The position numbers and the translations under genes were made by a program. A stretch of DNA of 63,026 bases, the filler included, from Globobulimina sp. (lineage: Eukaryota), in assembly GCA_003354225.1 (NCBI GenBank). It is 27 parts of 27 records of this genome, joined end to end, with 100 filler letters (N's around TTAATTAATTAA, not from the genome) between each part and the next. Parts side by side here need not be neighbours in the genome. Positions count along the whole stretch, not along the records: positions 11,700 to 13,938 come from PIVH01007968.1; positions 14,039 to 16,277 come from PIVH01007969.1; positions 16,378 to 18,616 come from PIVH01007970.1; positions 18,717 to 20,955 come from PIVH01007971.1; positions 21,056 to 23,294 come from PIVH01007972.1; positions 23,395 to 25,632 come from PIVH01007973.1; 21 more parts are not named here. One strand, 5' to 3'. The notes below the pieces were generated by a model, which saw nothing but the letters and a program-made list of their open reading frames with translations, was not told the DNA's origin and did not search any database. Within the stretch, counting starts at the first letter, position 1; each line of letters starts with the position of its first letter. This document shows positions 11,700 to 24,368 of this stretch, in pieces.

Positions 11700-13938
11700 C
11701 CAAAAACACCACCAATCACACCCGATACTAACGACCCTGTGCCTTTCCCTAATCCGCGAACAAAGGCATCCGGTGACTCAGTGATGCCATTGATTGGTTC
11801 ATAAAAGAAATCCTTTACACCGGTACCTAAATTGCCAACTAATTGGACTGGATTACCGATGATATCCAAACCACCAATAAATTTGTACGCTTCTTGCAAA
11901 CCCTGGTTTCTATAATGCTGAATAATGGGCACAAATAAGGTGGACATGTCACCAAACGCGTCGTCTACGGCTAACGCATTCAATTTAAGCGGTACTTTGT
12001 CCTGATTGCCTACCATATTTATGATGGTGTTGATGATCAACATCGTTAATTTCATCGCGGGATTCCCGCCGCCACCGCTTGACGGCCTGCTGCTGCTATC
12101 CGTGGATAGCGAGAAATCTATGGCTAAGGGCTGGATTATCATACCTTTAAAAAAGAATTTTGTGGGCGGTGGCGGTACTAATTCCAAATATAATTTGCTA
12201 TCATATAATATCGATGCACGGGCATACGATTCGGAATAGACATTCAATTCTGAGGAGGAATATTGATCCGCAAATTCCGCACCGAACGCAAACAAATCCC
12301 ATAATAACTTCTCTTCCACATTTAATTGAAACTTTTGGATCAATAAACTGAAATATTGCACCACCATTAAATTATCCGCATCGGCAATATTGGCTAAATT
12401 TATAGCAATGTGAACAAAGGCTTTCCTATCTTCTAAGGCCATCGGTTCAGGCACTAACAATGAGCAATATTGTGCTGAATATCTCTGTACATCGATTTGA
12501 AAGTTATCCAACAAGAAGTTGATGGTGGTGGCCTCCACCGATTGTTTGATTAATATGTCAATGTCATGGAAGGAGATATATAATATTTCCTTTGGGGTGG
12601 CGTCAATTACAGACAGTCCAAAATCTGGCAAAGAGGCACGGATATTTATATTGGGTCTGATCGAGGATTGTAAGCCTAATTTTACAGTCCATGAGACCAG
12701 CAATTCCATGGTGGCTAAATTTTTATTCACCTCCGCTGATAAATTTATATTTTTAGTCACAAATCGAATGCTTTGATAATTTGCGTCTTCTGCTTCATTA
12801 TAATCAAACTGTGAATTACTTATTTTATGTTCTTCTTTTTTCTTCTTTTTTGGTTTACTGTTATTATTTTCAATAAATTGATCTAAAAATTCATCCCTTG
12901 GCAAAGTAAATAGTCCTAAAAATTCATACGCAGATTCTCTCGCATTCTTATTGCGATATAATGCGACTTCACTCTTTTCTTCATCCGCCTCCTTATTCTC
13001 ATTGGTACTGTCTATGGACTCAAACGTTTTCACCCACAATTCCATCTTAATTGTTTTCAAAATCCATTTTTCAGAGATATAAAAATCCTGCAAAATAGCA
13101 AATTGATCATTATCATCATCAAATAAATTATCCTCAAAGCCAACTCTTCTCGATTCATTGCCGCATCTTATAATAAAAAATAATTCATGTTGTCGTCGAT
13201 CAAAGCATTTACCATACAAATTCTTGGCCAATTTAACCGCAATTCGATGTCGATTTTGTTTCGGTAATTTATCAGGATCCATATCTTCCCGTTTCCGAAT
13301 CTCTTCCAACACCCGCATCTGCACTGTATTATAGATTGCTTTCTGTTGATTACAGCCAATCATATCATGATCAATGGCTTCAATTTCGGATTTGGCAAAG
13401 GTTATTTTTAAATGTACATCGCCATTCCGCGTCAGCTTATTAGTCTGTTGCGTGCCTTTTAACTTTATCCATTGATCCATAGTCTTACCAGGATGCTGTA
13501 TCAAACCCGTTAGTTTTATAGTGGCCCCACCCATGAAAGTATCGGTCATTATTCCCTTATCTTTCACGTCCAGTCCCAAAGCATAAAAATCCTGCTCATT
13601 CCCTTGAAATATAAACTCTTTATTCCATACTGGATTGCGTGTATTCCTCATCACACTCGTTTTGCTGAAATGTTTGGCTGTTCTCCTCTGTTTAAACGAC
13701 TGTTTGCTGTGCAATGCCAACTCAATATATGGGTCCGCCTGGCCGCTAAACACGCCCGTTTGCACCAAATTTCTCGCCTCCACTACTTGTATAATTAACC
13801 TTTGTTTGCCGCCCGGTCTGTTACGCAATGCTTGTTTCTGTGTACTTAATACAGTTAATTTGCGTTCTAATGCATTGATTTGTGAATCTAAATAATTTAA
13901 TCGTCTCTGAACCACTAACTTTTCATCTTTAAATATCT
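11700..13938 (-). CDS. VPS13: VPS13-family lipid transfer protein, C-terminal part with a C2 domain, partial
   Basis: GLSVID..PKEILY, DNFQIDVQ, DIIGNPVQLVGNLGTGVKDFFYEP..FVRGLGKG; C2 motif LIIQVVEARNL..ADPY..NPVWNKEF. Confidence 0.9.
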
Positions 13939-14409
13939 NNNNNNNNNNNNNNNNNNNNNNNNNNNNNNNNNNNNNNNNNNNNTTAATTAATTAANNNNNN
14001 NNNNNNNNNNNNNNNNNNNNNNNNNNNNNNNNNNNNNNACATTTAACTTTTTGCTTTTCAGTTTGAAATTACTGTTTTTACTGTAAACTCTTTGAATTTA
14101 CAGTTTTTTACAGATTATTCAAAATAAAAACATTGAAAGTCAAAATTGAATTCTTAAGGTTGTGTTTCATCGGGAACCATTAACATTTTATTATTAACCT
14201 ATTTTCCTTCCTCTCGAAAATCACTTAGTTGGCCATAGTCAATTAACAGCTTTTAGTGAATTGAGCTAGATTTGCACCAACTCACTGCTATGGATTAATT
14301 TGTAGTTACTTTCGATGTAGATTGGTTTGGAAGGTACATTAATTCAAAATGAATGAAATGATGATTTAAGTTTTGAAAAAAAAATACAAAATATATCGGA
14401 CTAACACCC

Positions 14410-15416
14410 TTAATTAGACAATTTTTGCACTGAGAAACAATTATGCTCTTTCTTTGTAGCATAAAGATGATTCGTATTAAACGTAACCTTGTCATTTTGC
14501 TTCAAATTCACAATAATTTGCATGTAACTGAAACCACCACCTTGGCTTGAGTTATTTCGAAGCACAGCAGCTCCATTAACGGCAATATACAAAAAATGCG
14601 TAGTTCCTTGACCACCATTAGTAAAAAATACCTGACAGCTAATTTTGTATAAACCAGCAATTCCAATGACAATTTCTTCTTTGTTATCAGAGAGAGCTAC
14701 CATTCCTCTCAACGTTGCTTCCAAATGACAACCATCCATTGTTCTGTTCATTATAATTAAATTCTATCATGATTCTGTAATGGGATCATACCCGTTGATA
14801 TACAGGAATTATACTTAACATATTCCCTCCTCCAGGTTTTACAGTAAACCATGTGGCAATACCTGTTTTCTCATGTTTCAATTGATCTATTTCGTGTTGC
14901 ATATCAACTATGATATCATGCAAAATATCAGTCTCACTCCGTTCTATATATTATATATATTTGGCACATTATTATTAAATTATCACATAAGACATCGATC
15001 ACATAACTTTGTTCCAATAATTTGAATACATATTCTGCGGTGAAATATGAATGTTCAATCGCTACAAATACAAACAAAGCATTCCCGCTGCTCCAATTTT
15101 GCGATAATTTACCAAATGGCACTTTTTTATCATTATCAGCATCACCAAATGCAATTTTAAATGATAATTCTGATTTTTTTGAAGTTTTAGCTTCGTTTAA
15201 TAAATTTACAACTTTATCAATCGATTGTTTTAAATCCATTTCGTTTAATGTTGTTTTTGAGAATGTATTGTTGAATGTTCTCTTTGTCTTAGCATTCTTC
15301 ATCATAATATACAACGAATCAGATGTTCCACGAAAGACACATCGATAATCACCAAAAACAGAAGAATCTTCATCCATATACTTTCCTTCTTTCTCGTCTC
15401 CACCAGGTTCAGCCAT
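14410..15416 (-). CDS. Multi-exon protein with short coiled coil and C-terminal C1q/TNF-like beta domain; exon structure partly uncertain
   Basis: Intron about 14944-15007 restores frame into ETDILHDIIVDMQHEIDQLK; C-terminus IVIGIAGLYKISCQV..IVNLKQNDKVTF fits a C1q/TNF-like pattern. Confidence 0.55.
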
Positions 15417-15763
15417 ATTGATGGTTAATATTGATGGTTAATTTCGGGAAGGAAGGATGGCTATAATGGTCTCAACGATTTTGATTAAAAACAATCTGTG
15501 AAAACCTTTCAACTAAAGTTAAAACAAATGATTTGGATTTAAAAAAACCTCCACAACATAAGTCCGCCATAATAATGGAGATTACCGGACTTCTTATTCA
15601 AAACACTAAGAAATCAATGAACCACAGCATTTAGCTTTTTTTTATCAAACCCCCAAGGGTACCAACTGTACAATCAATTGAATTGATTATTAAAATCCAC
15701 AAAAAAAGTAAACAACGTGCCCCCCCACAAAAAAAAAAGCAAATTAAGTAAAATAAAAATTAA

Positions 15764-16277
15764 TTATTGTTCATCATCCTCATTGGAAGAGGTCCATAAT
15801 GTTAAATTATCTCTCAATAATTGCATAATAAGCGTCGAATCTTTGTAACTGGCATCATTCAAAGTATCTAATTTCTCAATGGCGGCATCAAACGATTTCT
15901 TCGCCAAATCACAGGCTTTTTCAGGTTGTTTTAAAATTTCATAATAACACACACTAAAATTGAGTGCCAATCCTAAGCGCGTTGGATGCGTTTCATTTAA
16001 ATTGGTTTCAGCGACCTCCATAGCTTTGGTATAGAACTCCTCTGCCGATTCACCAAATTGTTCCTCCTTAGTTCGAAATTCAGATAAATAGCGGTAATAA
16101 TCACCACACATTTTTAAATAAAATACTTCAGTCTCATCGCCATTTCCTTCCACATTCTTACATAAATGTTGCGTCAATAAAGCTAATACTTCCTGGCAAA
16201 TGCCCTCCAATTCATCCTCCACGATTTCCTTGTATTTATTCAAAAGGTCTGCGTCTGCATCATCGAAGCCGCCCGAT
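15764..16277 (-). CDS. 14-3-3 protein, 5'-partial
   Basis: [53 protein letters not shown]. Confidence 0.98.
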
Positions 16278-16469
16278 NNNNNNNNNNNNNNNNNNNNNNN
16301 NNNNNNNNNNNNNNNNNNNNNTTAATTAATTAANNNNNNNNNNNNNNNNNNNNNNNNNNNNNNNNNNNNNNNNNNNNCTATTAATAAAAGTAGAAAACTA
16401 TAAAAATAGCTTTCATGATCCTTGCGCTTTTCGAAAAAAAAACACTCAGTTCGAATTTTGAAAGCAACA

Positions 16470-17384
16470 ATGTCTGACACAGTGTTTAACAGTGCGTTCT
16501 GGTTTGAAAATAAAAAATATCAAGAATATGAAGATGATGTCTATAATTCTCGAAAGAAACAAAATCGTGAGGATTTTTCAACTTTCTTAGCTGCAAATTT
16601 AACAGAACTCGAATTTAAAAAAATTAAAAAAAAAAGAAGGAGCAAACCGTACTATGAATATCAGTTTAAAAATGATAAAAAACAAAAAATCCGCGTGATT
16701 GAAGACCTCGATGGCGTTCATATCATTGCATTGTATGATAATAAAGAAAACACGGATATCGATGAAGAAATTGTGGATGGAGATAAAGGACAGCTATTTA
16801 AATTAATGATGGATCGAATAATGGACGCTTTAGAAGTGACTGAATGTTCCATGTTCGATTTGGAAACCAAGACACAAACAAACTTAGCACGGACATCAAA
16901 TCAAATTAAACAAAGCAAATTAAAACGAAAAAGAAAAATTCAAAGAGATAAAAAAAACGATGATGAATCTGATTATGACGAAGAAGAGGACGAAGTGGTG
17001 GAGGAAGAGGAAGAGAGTGACAGCGAAGAAGAAGAGAGTGAGTCGCTCGATTTGTTGGAAACGAACAAAAGGAGATCATCGCGGTTGAGTGCAAAAAAAA
17101 GCATTAAAAAAAATAGAAAAAGAAAAAGAAAAATAAAAAGCAAAAAAAAGAGTGATAGTGATAGTGATATCATGTCAGAGAGTGACGGCAGTGAGGAATT
17201 TGAAGTGGAGCCAAAAAGAAAAAAAAGAAAAATCAATAAATCACAATTTAGAAAAATGAAAAAAGAGTTTGTTAAAAATTGGAAAGGTAAAGAATATGTA
17301 GAGGCGGTGCATTGTGCTGAGGATTATAATATGACATCAAAGGAAATAAATGATTTGATTGAGAGTATCAATGAAGAGTTATGA
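16470..17384 (+). CDS. Hypothetical protein with acidic and Lys/Arg-rich tracts, possibly nuclear
   Basis: ORF of about 304 aa from ATG 16470 with NLS-like KRKRK motifs. Confidence 0.65.
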   Translation: MSDTVFNSAFWFENKKYQEYEDDVYNSRKKQNREDFSTFLAANLTELEFKKIKKKRRSKPYYEYQFKNDKKQKIRVIEDLDGVHIIALYDNKENTDIDEEIVDGDKGQLFKLMMDRIMDALEVTECSMFDLETKTQTNLARTSNQIKQSKLKRKRKIQRDKKNDDESDYDEEEDEVVEEEEESDSEEEESESLDLLETNKRRSSRLSAKKSIKKNRKRKRKIKSKKKSDSDSDIMSESDGSEEFEVEPKRKKRKINKSQFRKMKKEFVKNWKGKEYVEAVHCAEDYNMTSKEINDLIESINEEL

Positions 17385-17493
17385 TTGGAGTTGAATTCAA
17401 TTTAAAAGGTGCTTTGTTATTTAAATTATTTCATGTAAATTAGTTACTTAATATAATACTTAATATGACTGAAACTATAAGTGATGCTATAAG

Positions 17494-18200
17494 TTATTGA
17501 GGATCAACCTCTGTCGATAATAACTCAGAATGAGTCGAGTCTCTCCATGTAAGATCGTCACTTTTTCCAGGTGAACAATGTCCTAATTCAAACCAAATCT
17601 TTTCCCCACTATTACCATAACAACCAGACGCCCATCTTCCTTTTGTAAATGTATTTTTCCTGATAAATATATCTCGATCTCTTAATTCTTTTGCTTTACT
17701 CAATGTCATACCACAATTACCAAACATACAGATTAATGCACAAATACTCGTTGGTAAACGCGTTACAATATGAATATTATGCAAATATATCTCCCTCTTT
17801 AAACAAGGAATATCTTTGCTTGATTTTATTTTCTTATCCGGATCAACAATAAAAAACGCAATAAATGATCGATATCTTTTTTTGTTATCCTTTTCTTTAT
17901 TTTTTAACATTCTCACACGATGCACCAAATTAACATTATCAAATACAACCGCACTGCCTTCGATAGTGGGTACATTGTGCACTAACAATGGAACATTACC
18001 TCGTTCCATATACCAATCTTCCGGTTGCACTTTGTTGCGAAATCTCAAATCACCACCTTTTAATTTGACATCTCTTTCAAAATAATACAAACCTCCCAAC
18101 ACAATATTTTCTGTTAAACCTTCTTTGTGCCAATGTCCCGCATAACCAGTCATTGGATCAATTTCATATCTTTGAGATTTAACAATTACTTGGAAATTGG
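17494..18200 (-). CDS. 2OG-Fe(II) oxygenase, DUF4246-like, 5'-truncated at a chimeric junction
   Basis: FQVIVK..Y.GHWHKEG..ENIVLGGLYY, GDLRFR, AVVFDN..HRV, R.FIAFFIVDP; frame closes (TAA near 18215) inside bacterial-like DNA. Confidence 0.75.
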
Positions 18201-18419
18201 ATGATTTTCGACCTTACCAAACGCGCCATGGAAAAAGGACTGGAAAAACTGAGAGCCGATTTTGTCGTCGGTGTGGAAGACAAATCCATTAAAGCATTTC
18301 AGAAAATGCATTTTATCAAAGAAGGTTTGTTAACCAAATATGTCCAAGATGAAAAGGGAAATTACCACGACTACCAAATTATGACGAAGCAAATAAATCA
18401 AGAATTTTCCGATTTTTAA
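18189..18419 (+). CDS. Bacterial-type GNAT (RimJ/RimL-like) acetyltransferase, C-terminal fragment
   Basis: LGNWMIFDL..AMEKGLEKL..F..EGLL..DEKGNYHDYQIM matches the RimJ/RimL C-terminal pattern. Confidence 0.7.
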   Translation, partial: LGNWMIFDLTKRAMEKGLEKLRADFVVGVEDKSIKAFQKMHFIKEGLLTKYVQDEKGNYHDYQIMTKQINQEFSDF

Positions 18420-18434
18420 TTCCGAACTAATATT

Positions 18435-18616
18435 ATGGCGTATCAATATCAAAAACGCTCAGAATTTGATTTAAAAGGTAACAAGATTACCATTTGTTCC
18501 TTTTGTAGTCCTGAACAAATCAATTCACTATCTTTTAAAAACACATTTACCAAATACCCCAGTTACAATCCTATCATATACACTAAAGAAACTCTGGCTA
18601 AAGCGGCAGGACAGCC
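18435..18616 (+). CDS. Bacterial-type ORF, N-terminal fragment (possibly AcuA-like GNAT)
   Basis: Starts 15 nt after the previous stop on the same strand (operon-like) and runs to the contig end; family assignment is tentative. Confidence 0.45.
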
Positions 18617-18716
18617 NNNNNNNNNNNNNNNNNNNNNNNNNNNNNNNNNNNNNNNNNNNNTTAATTAATTAANNNNNNNNNNNNNNNNNNNNNNNNNNNN
18701 NNNNNNNNNNNNNNNN

Positions 18717-20476
18717 AAGCGATTTACTTTTATTATATAAATATTTTAGAATAAATAAAAAGATATTATTTGTGCAATTATATCGTATATCAAATCCGTT
18801 GATTTATTCAAATAAATTATATAAAAACATTCGTGCACTATGGTTTAAAGGAATTATTTTCAATAAAACACAAATAAATTATATTCAATCTCCATTTTCT
18901 CCGTACCAATTACATGTGAATTTGCTTAATTTGTTTAAAAATAAATTTTATTCCATTAATTGTTTATTAATTACATTATCCGAAAAAGTCCGAAATGCAA
19001 ACATTGCATTTTTTAAACAATTAAAATTATCCAAAAACGTTAAACAATTTAACACATTTTCAAGCAAAAAAATTACGAAAAATAAAAACAAAAATTTAGC
19101 CAAAATTGAACATAAATTGGTGGATTATAATAATAATAATGTTAAAGAGCGATTGGATGAGATTTATAACCATTTGTATCGTTTACAAAATCGTATTGAT
19201 ACAATGTCGTCACACATTTATTTAATGCATGAAGAATGTGTTAATAATCCAACAAATATTATCGTGGAAAATGAATCAAAATATGATATTAATGATGATA
19301 TTTGTGATGAGATTGAAGTGAATAAATCTTTGGATATTATGAGAGATTTATTGTATTCCATCAATCGAAGTTTTAATGAGTGGAAGTTTATAGTCTCGAA
19401 AATTAATCCACGTTCACAATTATTAGAAAAATATAAAAATATTGGCTTTAATTCATACAAAACACATTCATATTCAATGAAGAATGAGAAATATGAACAA
19501 GAATTGGAAAACATCATTGAGACAGATAATAATGTTCAAACTGACGGTTTTGAGGAGGAAAAAAAGAATATAATGAATGGATTGTTTGCAAAAATGAGGT
19601 ATGCTCGGAATTTGTTATCATGTCCGACACATTTTTAATATGTTAAATTATAAAAACACTTATTATATGTTTTTGTGTCTGAATATTTATATTTTAATAA
19701 GTAAACAAAGAGCAAAGATGAGTATAACTGAAGACGGTGAGGAATTATATGAAGCTACACAGGAAATAAAAATGGATAACAACAATGGTAACAATGATAT
19801 TAGTGACTTGTTGGATGCATCGCTGGTGAATCCAGGCTGTGATATTGGTGCAATGGATAGGTATAATATGGTGGATGAATTGAAAAATGTTTTAAAAAAC
19901 AGGAAAAAAGCAAAGATAAAAGAATTGAAAAATAATGATAACAATGAAGAGAAAAAAGAAGAGAAAATGGATGCAATTGAAGTAATAAATAATATGCATG
20001 GAAGGGAAGAAGTGATTGAAAATTATTATTCAGACTCCGGTGAGGACAATGGCTTCAATATTGAGGATACAGTGAGTGTAGAACAGGAAAAAAGGTTTTT
20101 ACAGGAATTGAATAGATTGGGTTTAAATCATGGCGCTATGCTCACGAGCAGGAACACACAAATTCAATCATTCGGTTATGACCAAAATGAAGATAAAAAT
20201 ACGATGACTTTGTTTGCTATGTTGCAAAATCAAAATAGAAAAGAAATAAATTCGGTTTTAAATGGAGATGCTAATGATGTTAACGTTGAATTTAAGATAA
20301 ATGACAATAAGAATGAGATAATTGAACAAGAGGCGGATATTCAGGAAGAAGAAGAGGAAGATGTAATGAATGATGATTGGCATAGAAATGAATCGGAATT
20401 ACAGAAAAGTTTGCAAGAGCAAAGAAGTGATGATGAAGGTACAACATTGGCTGACGAGTTAGGAGGACTTATGTGA
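18717..20476 (+). CDS. Hypothetical two-exon protein, 5'-partial; intron from 19599 to about 19701-19709
   Basis: ORFs 18772-19638 and 19601-20476 join in frame through AG|GTATGC...AG. Confidence 0.6.
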
Positions 20477-20871
20477 TATTGAATAATTTTTGATTCGATT
20501 GTATGTTCACAGAACAAACCAAACTGTTATTTTTCATCAAAGTCTCGATCTAAACATGCGATTTTTACCTTTGTCTGTCTGTCACCAGAAACGGTTTGTT
20601 TCTGACGCTGAAAAATAAAAATCTGACGCTGAATACAGGTGCTAAAGTGATGACTAGCTTACTTCGTTCAAATCTTAAAATCACTGTTATCACCTCACAA
20701 ACGACAAATGGCAAGAATTTTCACAGTCATGTAATAAATCTTAAACATGTTGTATGTACAACTGAAACAATATACTGCACATATTCGCAATATTTTTCTA
20801 GATCAAAACGATGACTTTCTTGAAGTGAGTCATCTTTTGGGGTAAATATTTTTCGAATTAAGGATTTTACC

Positions 20872-20955
20872 CAAACCTATAGCAAACAGTTTCGGGATTT
20901 GCAAAGCGTTTCTCAGATAATTGAATAAAATGTATACAACTTTAATATCGACCAG
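20872..20955 (+). repeat. Dispersed repeat family A
   Basis: Near-identical to 51772-51851 (GGGATTTGCAAA.CGTTTCTCAGATAATTGAAT.AAATGTATACAAC..ATCGACCAG). Confidence 0.9.
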
Positions 20956-21055
20956 NNNNNNNNNNNNNNNNNNNNNNNNNNNNNNNNNNNNNNNNNNNNT
21001 TAATTAATTAANNNNNNNNNNNNNNNNNNNNNNNNNNNNNNNNNNNNNNNNNNNN

Positions 21056-21698
21056 GTGGGACCAAAAATAAAACACCAATTGAATAGATTGAATGCCTTG
21101 TCTTCATCTGTTGGAGCAATGGTACAATATTGTAAATCATCATTGTAACTAAATCCCCAAAATATTTTGACTATACTTACGGATATTGTTGCTGTTAAAA
21201 TTATGAATAAGTGCATCATATTTGTATAGGATATGTCGTTTAAAAATGGATTTGAAATCGCTAAATACAAATCGATTAATAATGATAGAAAATATCCCTG
21301 AGAACATAGGAAAACAAATAAATTAAATGGTCCCATTACACCACATACTAAGTCAACACATATTAGGTCTGATAAATTATTCTTTGCAAAAACATATAAT
21401 GTTACAAATGATAAACCTGTCGGATGTGTTTGTTATTGTTAAAGATAGAAATATAAAGCAATAAAAATCAACAAAACAAACCAAATCCAAAATCGAATAT
21501 CGAACGCCCAAATAATAATACTGACGGATGTGTGCGCAATGTTGGTGAGAATAAATAGGTTAATATTACAAATAAACTACCACACAATGTGCATGATGCT
21601 CCAATTAAATAATACATATGTAAGCTTCGAAATGACTCTTCATCACAAGGATCGACACATATAAATTTACTACCGACACACGAATAGTCTTGCGACAT
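21056..21698 (-). CDS. 7TM GPCR-like protein (cAMP-receptor/CAR-like), N-terminal part with one intron
   Basis: GASCTLCGSLFVILTY..LRTHPSVLLF.RSIFD, IDLYLAISNPF, YC.I and successive TM helices. Confidence 0.7.
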
Positions 21699-21770
21699 GA
21701 TGCGCGTCAGCTGCTTTTTAAAGAAGATGCAAAAACTTTTCCTAAACATTTAAGCTCTATTGTTTCGAAC

Positions 21771-23294
21771 ATGGAGCCTTCGGAGAAGAATAACTGCAAC
21801 ATTCGTTGTTGTGATTGTGATTCTTCATTTTGTGACTTTTGCCAATATCATTGCGCAGTCCCACCAATATTTTTAGATAACGTCTATAATCGTTTCCGTC
21901 AGCCATGTTTAGCAATTATTTGTATTTTGATTATGTTACTATTCGGTTCTGAAAACATATACGGTTTAACAACATTAACCTGCGACCAGATGTATGTTGT
22001 TGACCCAACCTGTCGCCAATCAAATCCATTCATTACAAATGATAAGAATTATACAATTACAATATTATCCAAACAAAATAACATTGATTATCAAATAGCT
22101 CATGCCTGGAGATATGACGCAGACAATCTGCAAAATAGTGAATTTGACGGATTAAATAAATATCAAATTGTTACAATCATTGATAAAGTATTTACAGTTC
22201 TATTATGCATTGGCAATTCGCCATATCACTCGCCATTTTGGTTAATAATTGGTTTCGTCGGCACTTCCTGGTCCACCTTTATGTACACTCAAAGTATTGC
22301 GTACTGTGGTAGTCATTGTAAAACAATTGAAAATAATAAATTCTGTATGCCTCCACAATGTGAGCATTATAATGTGAATCCAATTCCAAGATGTGAGCTA
22401 TATGACGAGTTATGTCACCAATGTCAATGTTTATATGCCGGTAACAAGTCTTGTATGAATTATTTAAATAATAAAAAACCACTCGATGACGTACGTATAA
22501 TAATATCATATATTTGGTTTACAATTTCTTACATTCGACAAATTTTAACGTTTTCATTAATTTTGAAAATGATTTATAGATTTTGTTGGCGCCGGAAACA
22601 TGAAGATTTTTCAATATTTCATTGCTTTGATTGTTTTAAATGTTGCAAAGTATTTTCAAAAAAGAGGATTGTTAATGATAATAAACAAGAGAGTAACAAT
22701 GATATCGATTGCTTTAAAAACGAATTATTACTAATTCCGATAAAAACAAATTATAATACATATTCATATGGCAATTGGGGGAATTGGAGAAATGACGAAA
22801 AGAATACATATGCAAATAATAAATGGTGTAATAAAATATGTGATTTATTCAAAGCATTTGTCAATCCATTAAGTATTCGATTATCTGTCGGTTCTTGCAT
22901 TTGTATCATATTTTTAATGATTTCATTCAGTTTTTGGTTTAAGTTAATTGATACATTATTGATTGACTCCATATTCATTGAATATAAAACAGCAAAGTGG
23001 AGTATAATATCATTATTATTAATTGATGCTATTTGTTGCTGTTTTATTGATTTGCGATGTATATATATGATACATCACCGATTCCAATCAGATGTTGTTG
23101 CCGTATATAAATTCTATGACAATACTAACGAGGACAATGATGATAGTGATAATGGAAAACAATTTATGACAGAAAGTGTAGATAGTATCGGACTTATTGG
23201 ATATTATGGAAAAGAAGAAAAGAATTATTGTTGGAATCCAGTTAAAACATTATCGTTAACATTATTCCCATCACATATAATATGCGGTCAATAT
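21771..23294 (+). CDS. Hypothetical Cys-rich multi-pass membrane protein, 3'-partial
   Basis: ORF over 500 aa with several hydrophobic segments and Cys clusters. Confidence 0.65.
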
Positions 23295-23394
23295 NNNNNN
23301 NNNNNNNNNNNNNNNNNNNNNNNNNNNNNNNNNNNNNNTTAATTAATTAANNNNNNNNNNNNNNNNNNNNNNNNNNNNNNNNNNNNNNNNNNNN

Positions 23395-24272
23395 ATATTG
23401 TAATTATAATAGTTTGCCGGTGATTGTGAGCGTGAATGTGAGCGTGACTGTGATTTATTGTTTATATTTATGCTAATATTATTATTTAAATATTCTTGGA
23501 TTTGCCCTCTATGATAATGTATACGTGACACGTATTCATCCGTTAATTGCGACATTTCCGTTTGGTGTTTTGCTTGAATATTACTCAATTTATTGCTTAA
23601 TGTGTCCAGTTTTTCTTTGTTTTCTTCTTCTTGGCTGGCAATTTGATGATATTCCTGCGCCAATCTATTAATTACAATATCTTTATTGATTTGAATTTCT
23701 TCTAATTGTAATTGGAATTCTTGGTCTGCGATTTGTTTGAGTTTTTTTGTTTGTATGTTTTTCTTGGCTTTTAAAAATGTTTCATCTCTTTGTTTCTTGA
23801 TTAATATTTTAGACTGAATGTTTGCTGCACGTAGCCGTTTCTCGAAATACATATTCTTATTCTTTAACTCTCCCATTTCTACCAATTGCTCCCTACACAT
23901 TATATCTATTTTGAAGAGATATAAATTTTTTATGTTGACTATGTCATCATGCATAATACTTATTTTTCTGTTTAATTTATCAATGATTGCGCCATATTCC
24001 ATGGCAATCAGTGCGTGCGGTGTTACTGTAGATACTGTATTAGTTTTATAAACAGTTTGATTATGTTTATTTTGCTGTTTTCTATAATCTTCTAAATATT
24101 CAATTTGTTTTAATGCAATGGAGAATTGGCGTTCATAACAAGATATAATTTGTTGTTTCTCGACGTGATAAGCTCTTTTCGCATCCTCAAGAGATGTGTA
24201 GTTTTTATGTTCGGCATTGTATTCAGATGGATCCAGCAAAATAATGGGATGCTTATTATATGCAGTGTCCAT
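23395..24272 (-). CDS. Hypothetical coiled-coil protein, 3'-partial
   Basis: ORF open to the contig end, rich in Q/E/K. Confidence 0.6.
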
Positions 24273-24368
24273 TATTTAAATGTTAGTTTTTACTTTAGCA
24301 GTTTTGAAAAACGATGAGCTATTCAATGGCAAAAACTCGTCCGTTATAGAAACTCATTCATTTGAACA

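Noticed and set aside
20885-20920. CTGAGAA...GAAAC in repeat family A as a ribozyme
   Set aside because: The GAAAC is not conserved in the 51772 copy and no stem II forms.
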